A stretch of DNA of 64,000 nt from Tubiluchus corallicola (GCA_030141605.1 JAQGDQ010000178.1:372001-436000), one strand, 5' to 3'. Shown: positions 38,228-54,600, counted from the first letter of the stretch. Translations and numbers: made by a program. The notes: generated by a model not told the origin, from the sequence alone.

Positions 38228-41200
38228 CAACAACAAAAACAACAATAATAATAATGATAATGATAATATTAATAATATTAACAATAATAATAATCATAAT
38301 AATAGAAGTGCAAATTACCTCTGCCTTTGCATTTAACAGAGCTTCGCGTTTTTCATTTCTTTTTTTGTCGTCTGTTAACTGAATAAACCTAGTTTTGTTA
38401 TCATTTAGCAATGCAGTAGCGGCTCCCACAAGCTTGGCAACACCTAAGAAAGTAACCATGCACTTAAATTCTGTAACAAAACTTTTAATTGAAAATGATA
38501 TGGCAGACTTTAAAACCAAAACAACCGCTGACAGTGTAAAAGCTACAAATCAACAGAAACACTGTCCACATACAGTATGAATTTTTTTTGAAAAACGTAG
38601 AACAACTAGATGACCTGTAAAGAGACGCTCTGCTTGTCTATGATGACTAATAAGCGGTTTAGGCAAGAACATGGTGACCTCATTGAAGTCTGGAAAATTT
38701 TGCATGGCTGCTATGATACCTCTCTATCCCTTCATTGTTGTTGGAGTTCAATAAGACTGGTGATGTTCAGCGACCTATCACTTCAAGTTCGGTTTTCAAG
38801 TTAGCCAAAAAGCAGATGCAATAAAGTACAGAGAGTTTGGTTTATTGGAAATCGCATGGTGAACCCCTGAAATCCATTACCAAGCACAAGTGGTTTTCGT
38901 TCAGAGTGCAGAGAGTTTCAAAAATTGATTCATAACCACAGTGCTGCCAATCATTACTCTACATCCTATGGACTTCTTTACTTACTATAACATCTATGAC
39001 TAAGTTTGCTGCCACTGTTCCCGCCAACTTGGTGTTTTTTTTAACTTATGTTTGATAGTTGATGATACTGATGCTTTTTTGGTGAAATGTTAAAATCAGC
39101 CTAAAGTCCCAAGGACTAACCCTACAGCTGCAAAGTGGTATTTGATAACTTGTAAATGACTCATTAAAAGCACACAAAAAACATTTACTAACAAAGAAAA
39201 CATGGGAGTGTGAATGCTATAGCGTACAGACAAAAACTTGCTCCAAAGAATAAATAAAAACATAATCAGACATACCTTGGACATTACCGGTATTAAAATA
39301 CGTTTCTAACTTACTGGGTGCAGTACCATTAGAAACGATTAATTTTTTTAAGATATTAACAATTCGGACTGCTCGCTCAAAGGCTGTCATAGTTGGTGCA
39401 CCTGGTTCATATCCTACTGGAAAAACCTAAAAATTAAAAAAACATTGTCATTGTTCTTAATAAGCCTTTTCACAGTTTTTGTTATGTGTTCACGCAGTTG
39501 CTGTAAGGTTAAGTGTAAAACAGCAACGCGTCTTAACAACAACTTCACGTAACATGTTGGTAAAGCAAAGCTGTCTACCACATCAGGTCACTAGCATAAG
39601 TTGTTTACGTGGGCTTTACTTAATTCTGCATTAGTCTGTGGATAGAGGGATTTAGTGGTAGGATCTTGCTTGGGAAGTAGAAAAAATGAATAGGCAAGGT
39701 TCTAGCTAGTTGTCAAAACATGTTAAATCTGTTACTATTACAATAACATGGGCTGCAAGGCATTGTCACTAGCACACTTAACTTTTGCCTTTTCTTGCTG
39801 GAACTGTTAATTATTCATATTACATAATCCTTTAACTGTTAGTTATGCACAATAGTCTGTTATTATTACCTCTGTTCATAGAACTTAATTATACCTATAT
39901 TATAGTTATATTTCTAGTTATATTTATGCCCATACTTTGAAATGTTACTCAGCAAATTTGTAAACTCAAAAAAATATTTTTATAAAATCTGCACTCAACA
40001 AATTTACAGTGTAATTTTACAAAATACAGTCTAATTGTAAACTAGATTATAAGCCTTTTACAGTAGACGCTGTTTATTAGACGCACTGTTAATAGAATAA
40101 GTTGCCTAGTTGACTCAAAAACATCTGGCACTGGCTTTTGTTCAAATGTATTTAAAAAATTTCGGCACTTGACTACTCTGCATAATTGACTCAATTTTTT
40201 GCTTCAGGTAATTAAAAGAAAACACTATGAGTGATCAAAGAGCTTTTACTACTTTTACGTCACCTTTACTTCACATTTGTCCACTATAACGTAATAACAT
40301 ACATAGAAACAATCATGTTTAGTACTGCTTGGTTTGAAAACAGGCACGCTTTCTAATGCACTAATTTGCTAGCCAGCAGCTTTGCTTTGAGTCACCAGCT
40401 CAACCACTGCAATTAAATTCACTGCCCAAGAATGTATTGGAAACTAAACTTTAAATCACATGCCTAACGATTTGTTTTTAAAGTGGTTAATTTTGAAAAA
40501 CACAAAAGAACATAAGCATAAACATGTAATATTTAAAGCTTTCACAGCCTTGGTGCATACTAAGCTGGAAAGTGATGACAGGTTCTTCTCTATTAGTAAT
40601 ACTACACAAGTCGGTTAATTAGGTAAAAAAATACTTCTATCCCAAAATGAATAAACTAGCCGGTGTCTACCGTATCATTTTATAAGTTGGTTTTGTATAC
40701 ACTCTCTGCTGAAAATACAAAGTATTCAAATAATTTTGTTTTATTCCACAAAGTGCAGTGCCAATAGCACCTTACCTTTATTGGCAAACGTACTCGAGCA
40801 GCACACTTATAAACATCCGAGACAACCACAAGAATGTGTGCTGAATAATTTCTCTCGGGTAGGCCGGGAGAAAGAATACATGGGGGTAAAAAAGGATCAA
40901 TACTGTAGTGCACTAATGTTCCTGAAAATAGATTTTATATAATAAACAATATTGTATACAAACAATAATTAAAATGTGAAGGCAAAACTATATTCATAAT
41001 AAAAATAATAAAGATTAATATTTTGATAGATGTGCTTATTTCTATAATCAGAATACTGTAATTCTAAAATCGACATAGTTCTAGTACCATTAAAAACAAT
41101 TTAAAACAGACAAGCATGTTCAGCGACCCCAGCCATCCATTACAGGATTATTTAAAACTCTCAATTTTACAATTTAGAGTTGTCGAAATGGAGATTTGTA

Positions 41201-44200
41201 TACAACATGTTTCATTACTCAAGTTTTGATTGAGCTGCATTAATGACCACAAAAATCTTCATAATGCATTAAGATGATGCAGTTTTCCCATGTTCAGTTG
41301 AGAACAAACTACTAGCATTCAAATGGCGATGCACCAGATAGCATATATTTCTCTTAGTCTGCCTTTAGTCTGGCACAAAAACTTATGAACTACATTGGCA
41401 GGACAAAGAACAGACACGACTTTCTCTTCACTCACCCAAAAGCGAACAAATACAAAGTGATTATTCACAAATGGGACACACAAAGATTTCTCGGTGTATT
41501 CAGAATAAAGGTTTGAGAGTGTTGCAAAATTATTAAGAAGGCATTGTGTCTGCTCTTGGTACCATCAATGTGATTTATAAGTATTTTGCAGTACCACTGT
41601 GGCAATTCTTACATAGGGCAGACTAAGAGAAATCTAGACTATCGAGTACATCAGCATTTGAATGATAAAAGACTGATCTCAAATGAACATTTGCGAAAAT
41701 GCATCAGCTTAATAAGAAGATTTTACATATTGCATTAAGCTGATGCAGTTTAGCTGATGTTCAGTTGAGACCAAGCTATTAGCATTCAAATTATCATTCA
41801 CAATAGCATGCACCAGTTAGCCTAGATTTGTCTTAGTATGCCCTATGTAAAAATTACCACAGTTGTGCTGCAAAAATTTATAAACAAAATTACATGGCTT
41901 AAGTCAAAATTTGATCTGAGGAGGCACATTACATATATATCCTTCAGCCAAAGTCAAATCAGCAATTTGGAGAATTTTAATACATAATTTAGTCTCACAA
42001 TGAATGGCTGGAGTTGTAAGGGATGCCATTTTCCTGAATTGTCATGTATTGGGACTCCTTGGAGATTTTAATTCTAGAATTATTCTGACTTTGAAAATGA
42101 TATAGGTACCCATCGAAACAATTTTAGATAATTTCATACTTTTTTATAGTATTGAAATCAACCTGTGACAATGTATTGAATTATTTTATAATGAAATTTG
42201 ATCTCAGTTCTGTACTTTTTAATCTATATTGCACTAGTCTTTCAGACTAACTTACACCTTCTGTTTTATATAGTGCTTGTCAGATTACGTTTTGATTACG
42301 TGTTAATGTGTACATTCTTTTCAATTCAATTCAAAATTTTTTATTTATCCACCTCCTTATGTTACAAAGCGTTTGAAACTGTAGTCAGTAAATTATGTTT
42401 ACGAACTAGAAATTGGAGTGGCAAAGGACCAGGGGTTATCGAGCAGCCACCCCTACATTAATAAATTATTTTTAGATACCACAGCTTTCTAAATTTAATG
42501 TATACGAATATGTTGTGTCGATTAATTGTGCTACTATGTGTTGTGAATTTAATATATTGTCTGACGAGACAATAACTAGATTTGCACAAATGAGATTAAT
42601 CAATTTACTGATATTTTGAAGTTCATTGTTGGGCAAAATGAACAAAATAAAGCAGCATAACAGAATTCATAGAAATACAGTTGCATGACATGCAATAACA
42701 ATTAACCATGCAATGTAAACTAAATTAAATAAACTAAAATAAAAAAGAAATAAACTGAAACCATACGTTACAATAACCTATAGTTAGAACCAAAAACAAT
42801 AACAAGACCAGAATAAAAAGAAAAACAAACCAGAATCAGATTGTAATTAGAACGTCAGTTAATTCGATGAAACAAAAATATGCAGATATAGCCTTGCATA
42901 TTAACTTAATGAGACAAGCTAAAATTTGCATGCTTAATATTGTTACCATGCAATAATGATGATGATGAACATGATGATGGTGATGATGATGATGTGATGA
43001 TGATGATGATGATGATGATGATAATAATAATAATAATAATAATAATAGTAGTAGTAACAGTATTAATAATAACAAATGCAACAGGAATGAAAGCACAGTA
43101 AATTTACCACCAGAATGATCATATGCTGTCCAGTTTGTTAAATATTCATCTTATATCTGATAATTATGTAAATTAAATAAGGAGTAGTGATACCTATATA
43201 TGAGTATCTATATTTCTTTTTGTGTGTATAATTCCTGTGCTGGGACTAAAAGTCTAACGACTGGAATGTATGCATTTCTTTTATTTATAATAATCAAAAT
43301 AATTTTATACTATTTTTCCTATTTTGTTACGCATACTGTGTGCTATGCCATTTTTAGACTAAATTCAAAATTGATAATTTAACACTCTACATTACCTTTG
43401 ATGTTAAAAGTGTCAGCTCTGCTTTCATAAAAAAATGAATAAGTCAGCGGTTCATCTTCGTCTTCAAATCTTTCACATGTTATTTCAAATTCTGTTTCCA
43501 AAGCATTTCCTTGACACAGACAAAGGTAAAACTCATCAATGCCATCACAAGTTTTGCAGATAATAAAATGTGCAAACGATTACGTAATAGCAAAACAATT
43601 TCTCACCAAGATTTTTCCACATTTTTTAGTTAGACGCAAATATAAAACTTCATTGGGTTTTTTGCACAGAATTTAATTTTTAACTAAAGTTGGAAAATAG
43701 TACACCATTACAAGTATAGTATAAAAACTGCTTACCTCCATCTGGCTTAACAACACAAGTTTTTTTAGTAGGAGGACCGTTTACAACAAACTTGTACCCA
43801 GCAAACACTCCACTTACATCAACTCTTCTTCCTAAAAACAATATCAGAATTTACAGGTCTAGTTTTTATTTTTGAATACTGTCAAATAAATTGTATAAAG
43901 TACAATGCTACAAGTAATGCTGATAATATCTCATAATATCTCAGTGTTACTGCCATTAATGTTACGCATTAGTACCCAATTGACACATGTAAGCGCTCAT
44001 TAAAAGAACAATCAAGCCTTCTGGAAAGTTAGGCTTATTTCAATGTTTGAAAAAATGTTAGAAGGACAGTAATAAAAGAGTGATAAGCGCCCCACGTTGT
44101 TAGTAAAATCACTTTTCACGTTTGGGCGCTCTCATTTTTCTACCAATGACGTCATTTGTCGACTGAAGAAAAGCTTGTAAATTTCTGCAAAAATTATAGT

Positions 44201-45646
44201 ATTTGCAAAAACCTAAATAACTAATTCTGTGATACTTTTGCAAGAACATTAGGTAAGTTAGTTAAGCACTACACTATGCAAAAAATCACAAGGTCAACCA
44301 GTTACGCCATAATGTGCAAGTAAATGGCGGCTGTCAACGTGGCTGAAACTTTCTTTACAGCAGTGGTATAAATTAACTTCATGCTTTATAAACACTCTTT
44401 GTTATACTTTCTAAGTTTAAATAATAAGAATAAAGTAAATCCAACATGATGAGTGACTTGTCCTTTCCTTTAAGACGTTAACATAATAATTATTCAATTA
44501 TGGTTAACATTTGCGTGCAAAGTAGGTTTTAATCAGTGTTTATTTTCTTCCTTGTGTTCAAAATAAAGTGGATTATTCAGCAGGTCTTTTCCTTAATGTT
44601 AGAGTAACTGGTGAAAAAATTGCTGTTTTGCCTTTACTCTTAAAATGGAAAATAAAAATCAATATTTCGATACATAGAATTACTATGTGCTAAATGGAAA
44701 GTAAAAATCAATATTTCGATATATGGAATTACTATGTGCTAAATGGAAAGTAAAAATCAATATTTCGATATACGGAATTAATACGCACTACAACAATTGG
44801 GTACAACGAAGTTCACGAACCTTCAGCTTTAACCTTATAAACAAAATCCTCGACAAAAACATTTTCTTTCGGGATAATGAAGACTTGTGTGTCAGCAGAT
44901 GCTGTTGTATAAAACTCATCAGAGACGTCTCTACTTTCAGTTACCGAATAGATGGTCCAGGTAAAATGAAATGGCTCATCATCATTCTTGCAGTTTGTGC
45001 AAACAGCTTGTAGAGCTAACTTTTCTCCCGTATTCACTTTGCGTAAGCAGTTCCTCAAACATCTTTATAATAACAGGCCAGATAAAAACAAAAGAAAAGA
45101 GATTATATCAAAACAAGAAGCACTCAACTTTGCCCACACACAAATAATTAATATAAAACTAAAGTAAACATTTTCACCGTACTAGTCACCAATCATCATT
45201 GAGTACAGTTTCCTATATCACACAATTTACATGTTAATTAGCCAGAGAATTTTTAAAATAAACTTTGAATTAACAAAAATATTCTCAAAAGATTGGTGCC
45301 ATTAGAATACCTAATTTCAATAGTTGGTCTTTCTCCTGGTAAAGCTATTATTTCTTGCTTGGCTATGACAGCAGTTCTGCCTTTTCTTCCAAATGACAGC
45401 GCAAAAGTCAATGTTATGTCCTGAGGTAAAGATCTAGGAGGAATGGTAATAGCTGATTCTGAAAAAATGGCAAAGTGTACTATTAACAACAACAACTTAA
45501 AAGTTCAAAAATATAATTCATGCTACCGCCAAATACGTTTTCCGCCTGAAAAGTGGCCAGGAAAGAAACAGCTCAGCTGTATTGAACTGCATATAAAAAT
45601 AACCCGTTATACTGCCATCTGTTACCTGTCATAAGCCACGGAAATA

Positions 45647-45678
<32 letters not shown>

Positions 45679-48600
45679 TCAATAGGAAACACTAAAAGCA
45701 GTCTCAACTAACACCAGAGACTTCTTGGTATAATGCCAACTGTACGAGGCTGATATACGCTCCGCTGAGTCAGAGACACTAGTCAGATATCATGTGTAGA
45801 ATAATGCCAGTTATCATGTTTGCAAGCTGTACCGTACAATGTACATCGCTCATGTAAACAAAAACTCCTTAAAGAAGATGAGTGAGTCGTTAATTCACAG
45901 ATGATTAATTTAATAATTTTTTTTTAATTCATTAACTCTTAGAGTGAAAATTGAGGACACTAACCTGTGTAAATTGGACTGGCTGTTGTGATTTATCTAT
46001 GGGAAAATTTAACACACCTCGTTATAATTCAGACTTTTTTCTGATCAAAAAGCGGGCAGTATAAAGAGTATTGACTATATGCATAGATCGTCATTATCAC
46101 TTCATAATTTTAATTAAACACTGTTAATTGTACGCAATTAAAAAACACAGACTAAATTATGTTTTAAACTTGTGTAAATTATTGACATTGAAAATAGTTG
46201 TTGCGAGGGCAGCTAAAAAGACGTGATAAACAAAATACTTAGCTATAAAAATGTATGTAACATTTGAGATGCAAAAAACCTAATATATTAATAGTAGCTT
46301 AAAGGCAGAAATTTCGTTACTTTTTAGGCACTGCTACTGTAGCATTTTCAGATTGACATGCAATGCTAAATGACAAACCAGAAATAGATATCGTTGTATG
46401 ATAACGTACAGCGCTCGCTTGTTAAACTCCGCTAGCCAATTCATGTACATGATGTGCAAATACATAAAGAGCAGTGAAAATGAAACACATCACCACAATT
46501 TCAGAATCACAATCAATTCATAATTTCAGTTCATAATAGTTGTAAAAATTTAAATGGTTTAATTACTCATACCGTTAAAAGGAAGGAGAGTCACACTATT
46601 ATCAAAACATCCTGGGACATTAGGATCAGGAATGCGGCCTGTACCAACATAGCAGTACCATGTATACCTTAAATAAATAGTCATTAGTGTTATTTATTTA
46701 TAAATTGCTAACTTAATCAAATTTATACATTGCTAAGAAATCAGTCTGCAAGTAAATAGACAGTTTCGTTTCCATTGTTACATTATTTTACAAGTTTATA
46801 GTGATTCTATTACATTTTGTTTTTGCTTTGAAATCAGATATAATTCCCAATAGTTATACGATACTTACAATCATTGTGAAATTCATATTTAAATGATTGT
46901 TTAACAAAAATCCAACAAATAGTGAAAATTGTTTATTTGTTCTTACATGTAAGGAGGATCAACATGATTGGTGTGATTTATACCGTAAACAAATTCGTGA
47001 TACGTATATTGATCAAGCTGCTTGTTGTTTGCTTCATTTACAGTTTTGCTAGCATAGTATTCATCACTCTCATGTCCAAAACCAAACTCGTCATCGTTGT
47101 CCATAGTTAGATAAGTCCAGTGTTCATGCCCAGGGTCGCTGTATGGAGGATAGTCAGGATCATACGACGCAGAACCATTTATCACAAAGCTTTGATTCCA
47201 ATTGATATACCTGACGTCACCTCCTTGCAAAATTGGCATTAATTCTGAGGGATATATAATGATCCAACCCTAGATAATACAAGTATAGGCACAAATTAAT
47301 ATGTTTTGTATCAATTTAAAACAGTAACATGCTTTTTTGTAATTAAGATATGTATCTTTTTACACCTAGAATGGAGAAACTAACACAGAGTTTTCTACTA
47401 ATAAAATTTAGTAATTGCATTATTGTATTACCGAAGATATTAAATTACTCAAAGTGGAGTTTAATATTTCTTAGAAAAGGGTGAGAAAATCTGTGCAATT
47501 CCTAAAAGATACATGTACTGCTTCAACATGGAAATATGTCACATGCCAAAGACTACATGAATAAAATTAACATGAATTAAATCACCTGGTACGTATTTTT
47601 CACAACATTTTCTGTCTGTTCAGATAACACTGCCAAACGTATGACATATGTCCCTGGTCGTAGAAGCTTGGAAGGTACTATAAAATAGTGGAGAGACGCA
47701 TTAACACTTTTAGGCAGTTTAATTAAATTTGCCCAAGATGGAACAGGGTAATCTTCAGATATGCGAAAGATGTGCCATTCATACCGCAGCTGAACTTTCC
47801 TGGTGCAAGTGTCATATACTATTGAGGACACTATGAATTCGTCACGAACTCTAAACTTTGGTGCTTCGCTACGACTATAACCAACATTAACAAGATCGAT
47901 GTTAGGCAAGCAATCATCTGGATTGTCAAAAACGTTAAAGGTGAGAGATGCATTCCAGTAAACCCAGCCTTCGATAGAGCTATGTGCAGTAACCATATAC
48001 GTTCCTTTTTTAGCATAAGAGTGACTGTATTCACACGCCACTCCAGGGATGGTTTCACTAACAGCAATACCTAAAATTTTGTGAGCGCATACAGATGTTT
48101 CTTTAATAGGAATAAACTTTTCATGATCATAAGTGAATGTGAATTGATCACCCATGTCCCACTCAAACACGACATCTCCAAAAGTTCTGGAGTCATTTGA
48201 ATATATGAGAAAACAAATGGCATCACCAGTGTCATATGCAGGCAGATGCTCATCCTCTTCTTTCTTCTCCTGGAGTAGGACCAAATTTCGAAATTTATCT
48301 GAAATAGTTGCATTTAATAAACTGGAGATTACAAACTGTCCTTATAAGGCACAACAGTTGTACTTGATGGTTTAATCTATAACAGTATAACAACGTAATT
48401 TAATCTTATAATACAGGACAGTTGTATCTTTACCAAGCAGAAAATGCTACTAAGATGTGACCAGCACCTTAATTTGGATATGGATCTTTCACGTTTCTAA
48501 GCAATGACATAAGTCCTCACCATTGCATCATCAAACGTGTCTTCTTGTATTGCACAAGTTTTTGTATACATTGTTCTACACATAGTTTATTTAATATAAA

Positions 48601-51600
48601 CTCATTCTAAACACATGGTCATTATAAACGTATTTGTACATCATGAACTCATTGTCAAATGTTTAATATGTAGAAGCTCTATCTCTGTTGGATTGCCAGC
48701 GACTAAAGTTTAAACACAGCATACAATTTTGGGTATTTAAAATTTTACGAAGCACTGTACATCAAAAACTACATGATAATAGTAATCGGCGCTACTAAGT
48801 TATATCTTTCCTGTAAAACCAAATGCTCAAGGACAGGAAAACACACAAAAAAAAATCAGTTAATTTGGACACAATGTGCAGAAAAGCAAAAAAACAGAGA
48901 ATGCTTCAGGAAACAAAAATGAATAATTCAACAAATTTGACATTACTTGAGCGTTACTGATTTCACGTAACAAGTTTGACAAAACAGCCGATCAGCGACC
49001 GAAAATGAATCAAGTGGTACAGTTAGAATTCTGTTTCACATGCGTCTTTTGTTTCTTGTCTGCGAGATACATACCATCTGTGTGTGTGCATTCAGTAGAA
49101 AAACCATTCAGTAGGAAAATGATACAAAACAACTGGAAACAAAATTGTTTATCGTTTCTCATTTTCTACCCTCCATGTAAGAGTGGCTCAAGATATTACT
49201 ACAATTATGTCAAATTATGAGATAAACTGAATGAAAATCTTTGCTTAGTTGAAACAAAGTTTAAAAAGTCAACAATTTCATGCTTACATACCAACATCAC
49301 ATAAAAAGCCCATGAAGTCTGTGCTGCATGTACAGTTGTAGCCACCAGGGAAGTTAACACAAGCACCACCATTTTTGCAGGGATCATCCACACATTCATC
49401 TATGTCTGCAAAAATAGATAAATTTACTAAGATGTGGATTTATATTAAATCAATTACCACCTACACAAACAGCGCAATAGTTTTTTATTCATTCAGGTTC
49501 CTTCGCTATTGACAGCAAAAATGAGAAGTTACAATTATTTAACTTTTCTTAAATTTTATAATTTGATTATAAGCGATTATAAAAAAAACTATTACTAGCC
49601 ACTACCTAAATATACAAATTTATTTCACATTGCACTTCCAATTATGCAGCTGCTGACAAAATATTTGTCAATTGTTACATATCGTGTTAATTTCCTAATT
49701 ACAATAATTTTAATTATACTGTATGACTGCCATATAAAACAGAAACTAGATAAGCTTTGGTTACAACTGTCATAATTAATGACGAGGAAGCATTAGCTAC
49801 TTCAGCACATAAGATATATTAATAATGAGACAAAATATTTTTCTAAAACTCCCCTTTGTCATCATTGCCGTCTTTTTTCTACTTTGTTGTAACTTTATTG
49901 GTGGAGCACACACCCTTGTAAAAATCAATCCAATGCACACCTGAAAATATGTTTTCCAAATGTGCACGTATGAAAATTCATTTACAAGTATGAGCAAATT
50001 AAGAAAACATTACCCTCACTGCAGTTCCTTCCTATATAGCCAATTGAGCATTTACACGTATAGTTATTTAAATGGTCAGTACATAAACCATTGATGCATG
50101 GACCATCAGAACAATCATCAATATCTAAAAACCAAGGTGTACAATAAGTGATTCATATAATAATAAATAACCCTTATTTTCATTCTATATTATCAATAAA
50201 ATTCAACATATTGAGTCTTTTTTCTTTAATTCTTTCTTTATACTTGTAGATTCTTTAAGCTTAACGTCAGTAACCATCCTCTAGTTCAAGAAAAGATCAC
50301 AAATATCCTTACCTTAAATGGAAACTGTGTGGTGTTTGGCTGTTGTGCGCATGCGGCCATGCGTACATGTCCACGACAAGAAGCTGTTCGCTAGGTGAGA
50401 AAACACTGTTGCTCACACAGTGCCAACCCTGCTGTACAAGTACGGTAGTTTTTCTTTTCGACTAAATTTTCTTTTTATATGTTTGTTTCATTTTACACAA
50501 TATTAAAACATTTTTCTCAAGTAACACCCCTCTAATTTTAACTATGAGATGCCACTGATGCTGACAAAATGTCAGTGATGTAGTAATTTACTATAATGCG
50601 TGTCAAAGTTCAAAAAGTTATGTAAATCATATCTATTGTCTGTCTACAGGCTAGAACCCTGGTCTCTGCTACAGAATACAATTTTGCACTAGTGTGTCGC
50701 AAATGCGAGCATTTAATTTACAGTTTATTATTAATTTTCATTTGTAGTTTTAAATTTAGTTTTTTATTACCACTAAATCAGTGCTGACATCTGTTTGTAC
50801 ACTTGGAAATTTCCAACATATATATAGATGTACTTGCTACTGCTATATGTTTGTATGGAACTGGGTTACTGGGCTTCTCTGCGAATGTACTAGTTTTTCA
50901 CACTTGGTAGCAAGATTAGAAGACAAGCAATAGGCTTAAGCAGTTGTGTGGTTATAATAACGTTTTGACTCAGGTGCCATGATGTATTGGCTGATGGATT
51001 TACTTTAACTTTTGTTTACTACTGTTGATTATGTTTACCATTTTCGTGTATATGTGGACTGACTATGAGACTATGATTTTGAGTAAAATACAGAATGCAA
51101 AGTTAAACCATGTTTTCATCCAGTGATTTCATCTGTTTAACACGAACGTCGCAACTACAAAAGCAGTCTGATAAACTTGCCAGGTTGTTGGCTCTTCCCA
51201 AAACAACCCAGCGACAACTTTAGCGTCACAACATAGTGTACTGCTCACGTGAAATGACCACCGGTGGAGTCACTTGCCAGATGTGGCATACTCAAGGACC
51301 CCTTTACCCATACATCCCTCAGTAGTAGGTCCTACAGGGACACAACTAGGTATTAGCAATGTAACTGTAATTGCTGTAAATTCCATTGCCTTAACTGCAA
51401 TCATTGCTTAACAGAATCTATATTAACCGAACCATCACATTAAATTTTTGATTCAGTAATTAAGGTTTCTTCTATTAACCCTGAACATACATACCAATAA
51501 TGCTTAAACGTAAAAAGAAAACCAATTACCTATTTCACAGTGACGCCCTGTGTAACCAGGTATGCAAGTACAGGTAAAGTTATTAACAGCATCTATGCAG

Positions 51601-54600
51601 GTACCTCCGTGCATACAATAAATATTCTCACATTCATCAATGTCTGAAAGTATTTCCAAGCAATTATAATCAACCAAATTGGTGTTAAGACAACATTCAA
51701 CCCAGCGATTAAATGTTGAAAAGAATTGTCAATTATGCCTTTTATCTACTCATATGACACAGGAACTTTTAGTGTTTAAAATCAGGAGATTTTCAAACCG
51801 AGATGCAAATCCTTGTTATTAGTAACTGCTTTTATTAAAACAAAGAATGTAATTATTACCGTAAATCAAATTTACTAGTTGTGTGGATGCAAATGCAAAT
51901 ATAAACTAGAACCTATTTGATTGTGAAAAGCACACATGCATTTAATTACTAAACTATATTTATTTGAAAAATGTGCTTATTTTATTCATATATCAAACTT
52001 TGTTGATTTACTGCTAAATCTTTTACATCATTGTAAATTGAATTACCTTGTGTGCCTTGAAATTACAAAAAATATGTAATACAAAACAAAATATACTTGT
52101 GTGGCAATCGTGTCCCTCATATCCAAGCACACACGTGCACTTATAAAAATTAGGATGGTTAACGCAAGTCCCATTATTTTGACATGGTTGATTCTCGCAC
52201 CAATCAGTCTCTAAAATTTTATAAAAAAATTGACAGAGGTGCATAAGCACATGCAAGTATACTCAACTGTAATGATTTTCGAATTAATGATTTTTTTTAC
52301 TTTAAATTCGATTCCAATCTAAAATTTATAGATTCCAATAATTTCATCACTTCAACTACATTTCATCATTAAAATATTTGAATCAGCATGCAATCAGCAC
52401 AATTTAGCTGTGATTTCTATGCAGAATCTTTAACCATATCAACTTTTATAAATTATTTCTGAAAATTCATGATAACACTGAACTGCCTAATGTCATTCTG
52501 AAATTCTTAGTATACTTTTACTTTAACTAATTAACAATGTACATTTGCTGTAGTCACTATACATCCAAAAAATTTTCTGTACATAATGGTGTCAGCCAGG
52601 GAAGGATTTAATCAATAAAGTTTTTCAATCATTACTTCAAAGATCTTAGTGTATCTCTAATGACTAGTATGGTTAGTTCTATGCAAAGTCTAATTGATAT
52701 TTATCAATGCTTCGCTTCTCACTTTAACGTCATCATTAACATTGAAACAATTACACAGCTCACTATTAAACCACAAGTATGAGCAGCATTCCTAATGGTA
52801 GTGTGCATTGCAATAATTGTATTATCAAATCGGCCTGTACAGAAAAATATATTGGATATATTATCCACATCATTGGCAACAAAAATGATGATATTAGCTG
52901 ACAGAAATGTATACCTAGCAGTTACAGCTAATATTCATCTAAGAAATTTCAGTCACTCTATCTTGGAAGTCAAAATTTTGCTCTTTTAAACTTATTGTAC
53001 AAGTTTTTATGAAGCGAATTTGTGGATAAAGTTCCTTGCATATACTCTCTATGAATTTAAAGGCACATATAACAAACAGATAAAGAAATTGTTTTCTCTG
53101 TCTTATCATTGCAGTGGAAGGGAAATGACACTGAATCTTGTTATCACTGTTATTTTGATGCATTAGTAAGGAAATGTTAATTTTATTTAAAATCATACAT
53201 TGAAATGTGATAACATTTATCTGAAAGGTTGTCTGATGTGTATCGCACCTCTAAACTTCACAGCAGGTGGAAGGACATTTTATATGTATAATTCTTGTAT
53301 TTCACAACTCTCAGACATACTTAAATGTAAACATGCAATGTTTCATCCATGAACATAATTTTTTTTAAAAAAAGGATTTTTTAATTTTTTAATTAGTTTT
53401 ATCTACAAACTCTCATTTATCATATCGTTCATTTACTGTGTGCAAATAATTAAATAAATGCTTTTTATCTCTGAAATAAAGTTGACATTGAAAACTCATA
53501 ATATCAGCATGCAAATGGATTATGAATATTAATATGATATTTTATTCTTTGCTGTTTCTGTATTCCTTAGCTGTTTCACTTTATTTTTAAATTTATTGTA
53601 CTTTGTGATTTTACAAACTTATTTATGAACTGAAAAGCTACCTATTTATTCACAGTATATACTAACCTGAGCAGTCTACATCTGAGAAACCCGGCGCACA
53701 GGTGCAATTAAAAGAACCAGGAAGATTATTACATGTTCCTCCATTATAACAAGGGTTTTGAGCTGCAGCACATTCATCAACATCTAGATGCACAAACATT
53801 AAAACATATAGTGCACTTGCAGTAATGCAGATTTTTTTCTGTGGCTAATGTAAATATTTCAAGCAAATGCTACAAATGAACAATATGGATGTAGACAACA
53901 CACAAACAACTTTTACAACATGTCGCTTACATGCCAGTCCACTTCAGACTTTTCCTAACAGTTTTTTTATTATTATTAAATTGTTTTGCAAGTCAAGGCT
54001 ATAGCGGCATGCAAATGGATTATGAATATTAATATGATACTTTATTCTTTGCTGTCGCTGTATTCCTTAGTTGTTTCATTTTGTTGTTAAATTTATTGTA
54101 CTTTGTGATTTTACAAACTTATTTATGAACTGAAAAACTACCTATTTATTCACAGTATATACTAACCTGAGCAGTCTACATCTGCAAAACCCCGCGCACA
54201 GGTGCAATTAAAAGAACCAGGAAGATTATTACATGTTCCTCCATTATAACAAGGGTTTTGAGCTGCAGCACATTCATCAACATCTAGATTCACAAACATT
54301 AAAACATATAGTGCACTTGCAGTAATGCAGATTTTTTTCTGTGGCTAATGTAAATATTTCAAGCAAATGCTACAAATGAGCAATATGGATGTAGACAACA
54401 CACAAACAACTTTTACAACATGTCGCTTACATGCCAGTCCACTTCAGATTTTTCTGAACAGTTTTTTTATTATTATTAAATTGTTTTGCAAGTCAAGGCT
54501 ATAGCGGCATGCAAATGGATTATGAATATTAATATGATACTTTATTCTTTGCTGTCGCTGTATTCCTTAGCTGTTTCATTTTGTTGTTAAATTTATTGTA

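Noticed and set aside
38127-38382. Poly-Ile ORFs (also poly-Leu/His ORF at 42836-43096)
   Set aside because: Translations of microsatellites
49797-49997. Possible exon after cag acceptor at 49941
   Set aside because: In the required phase it reaches TAG after 19 codons and has no EGF pattern
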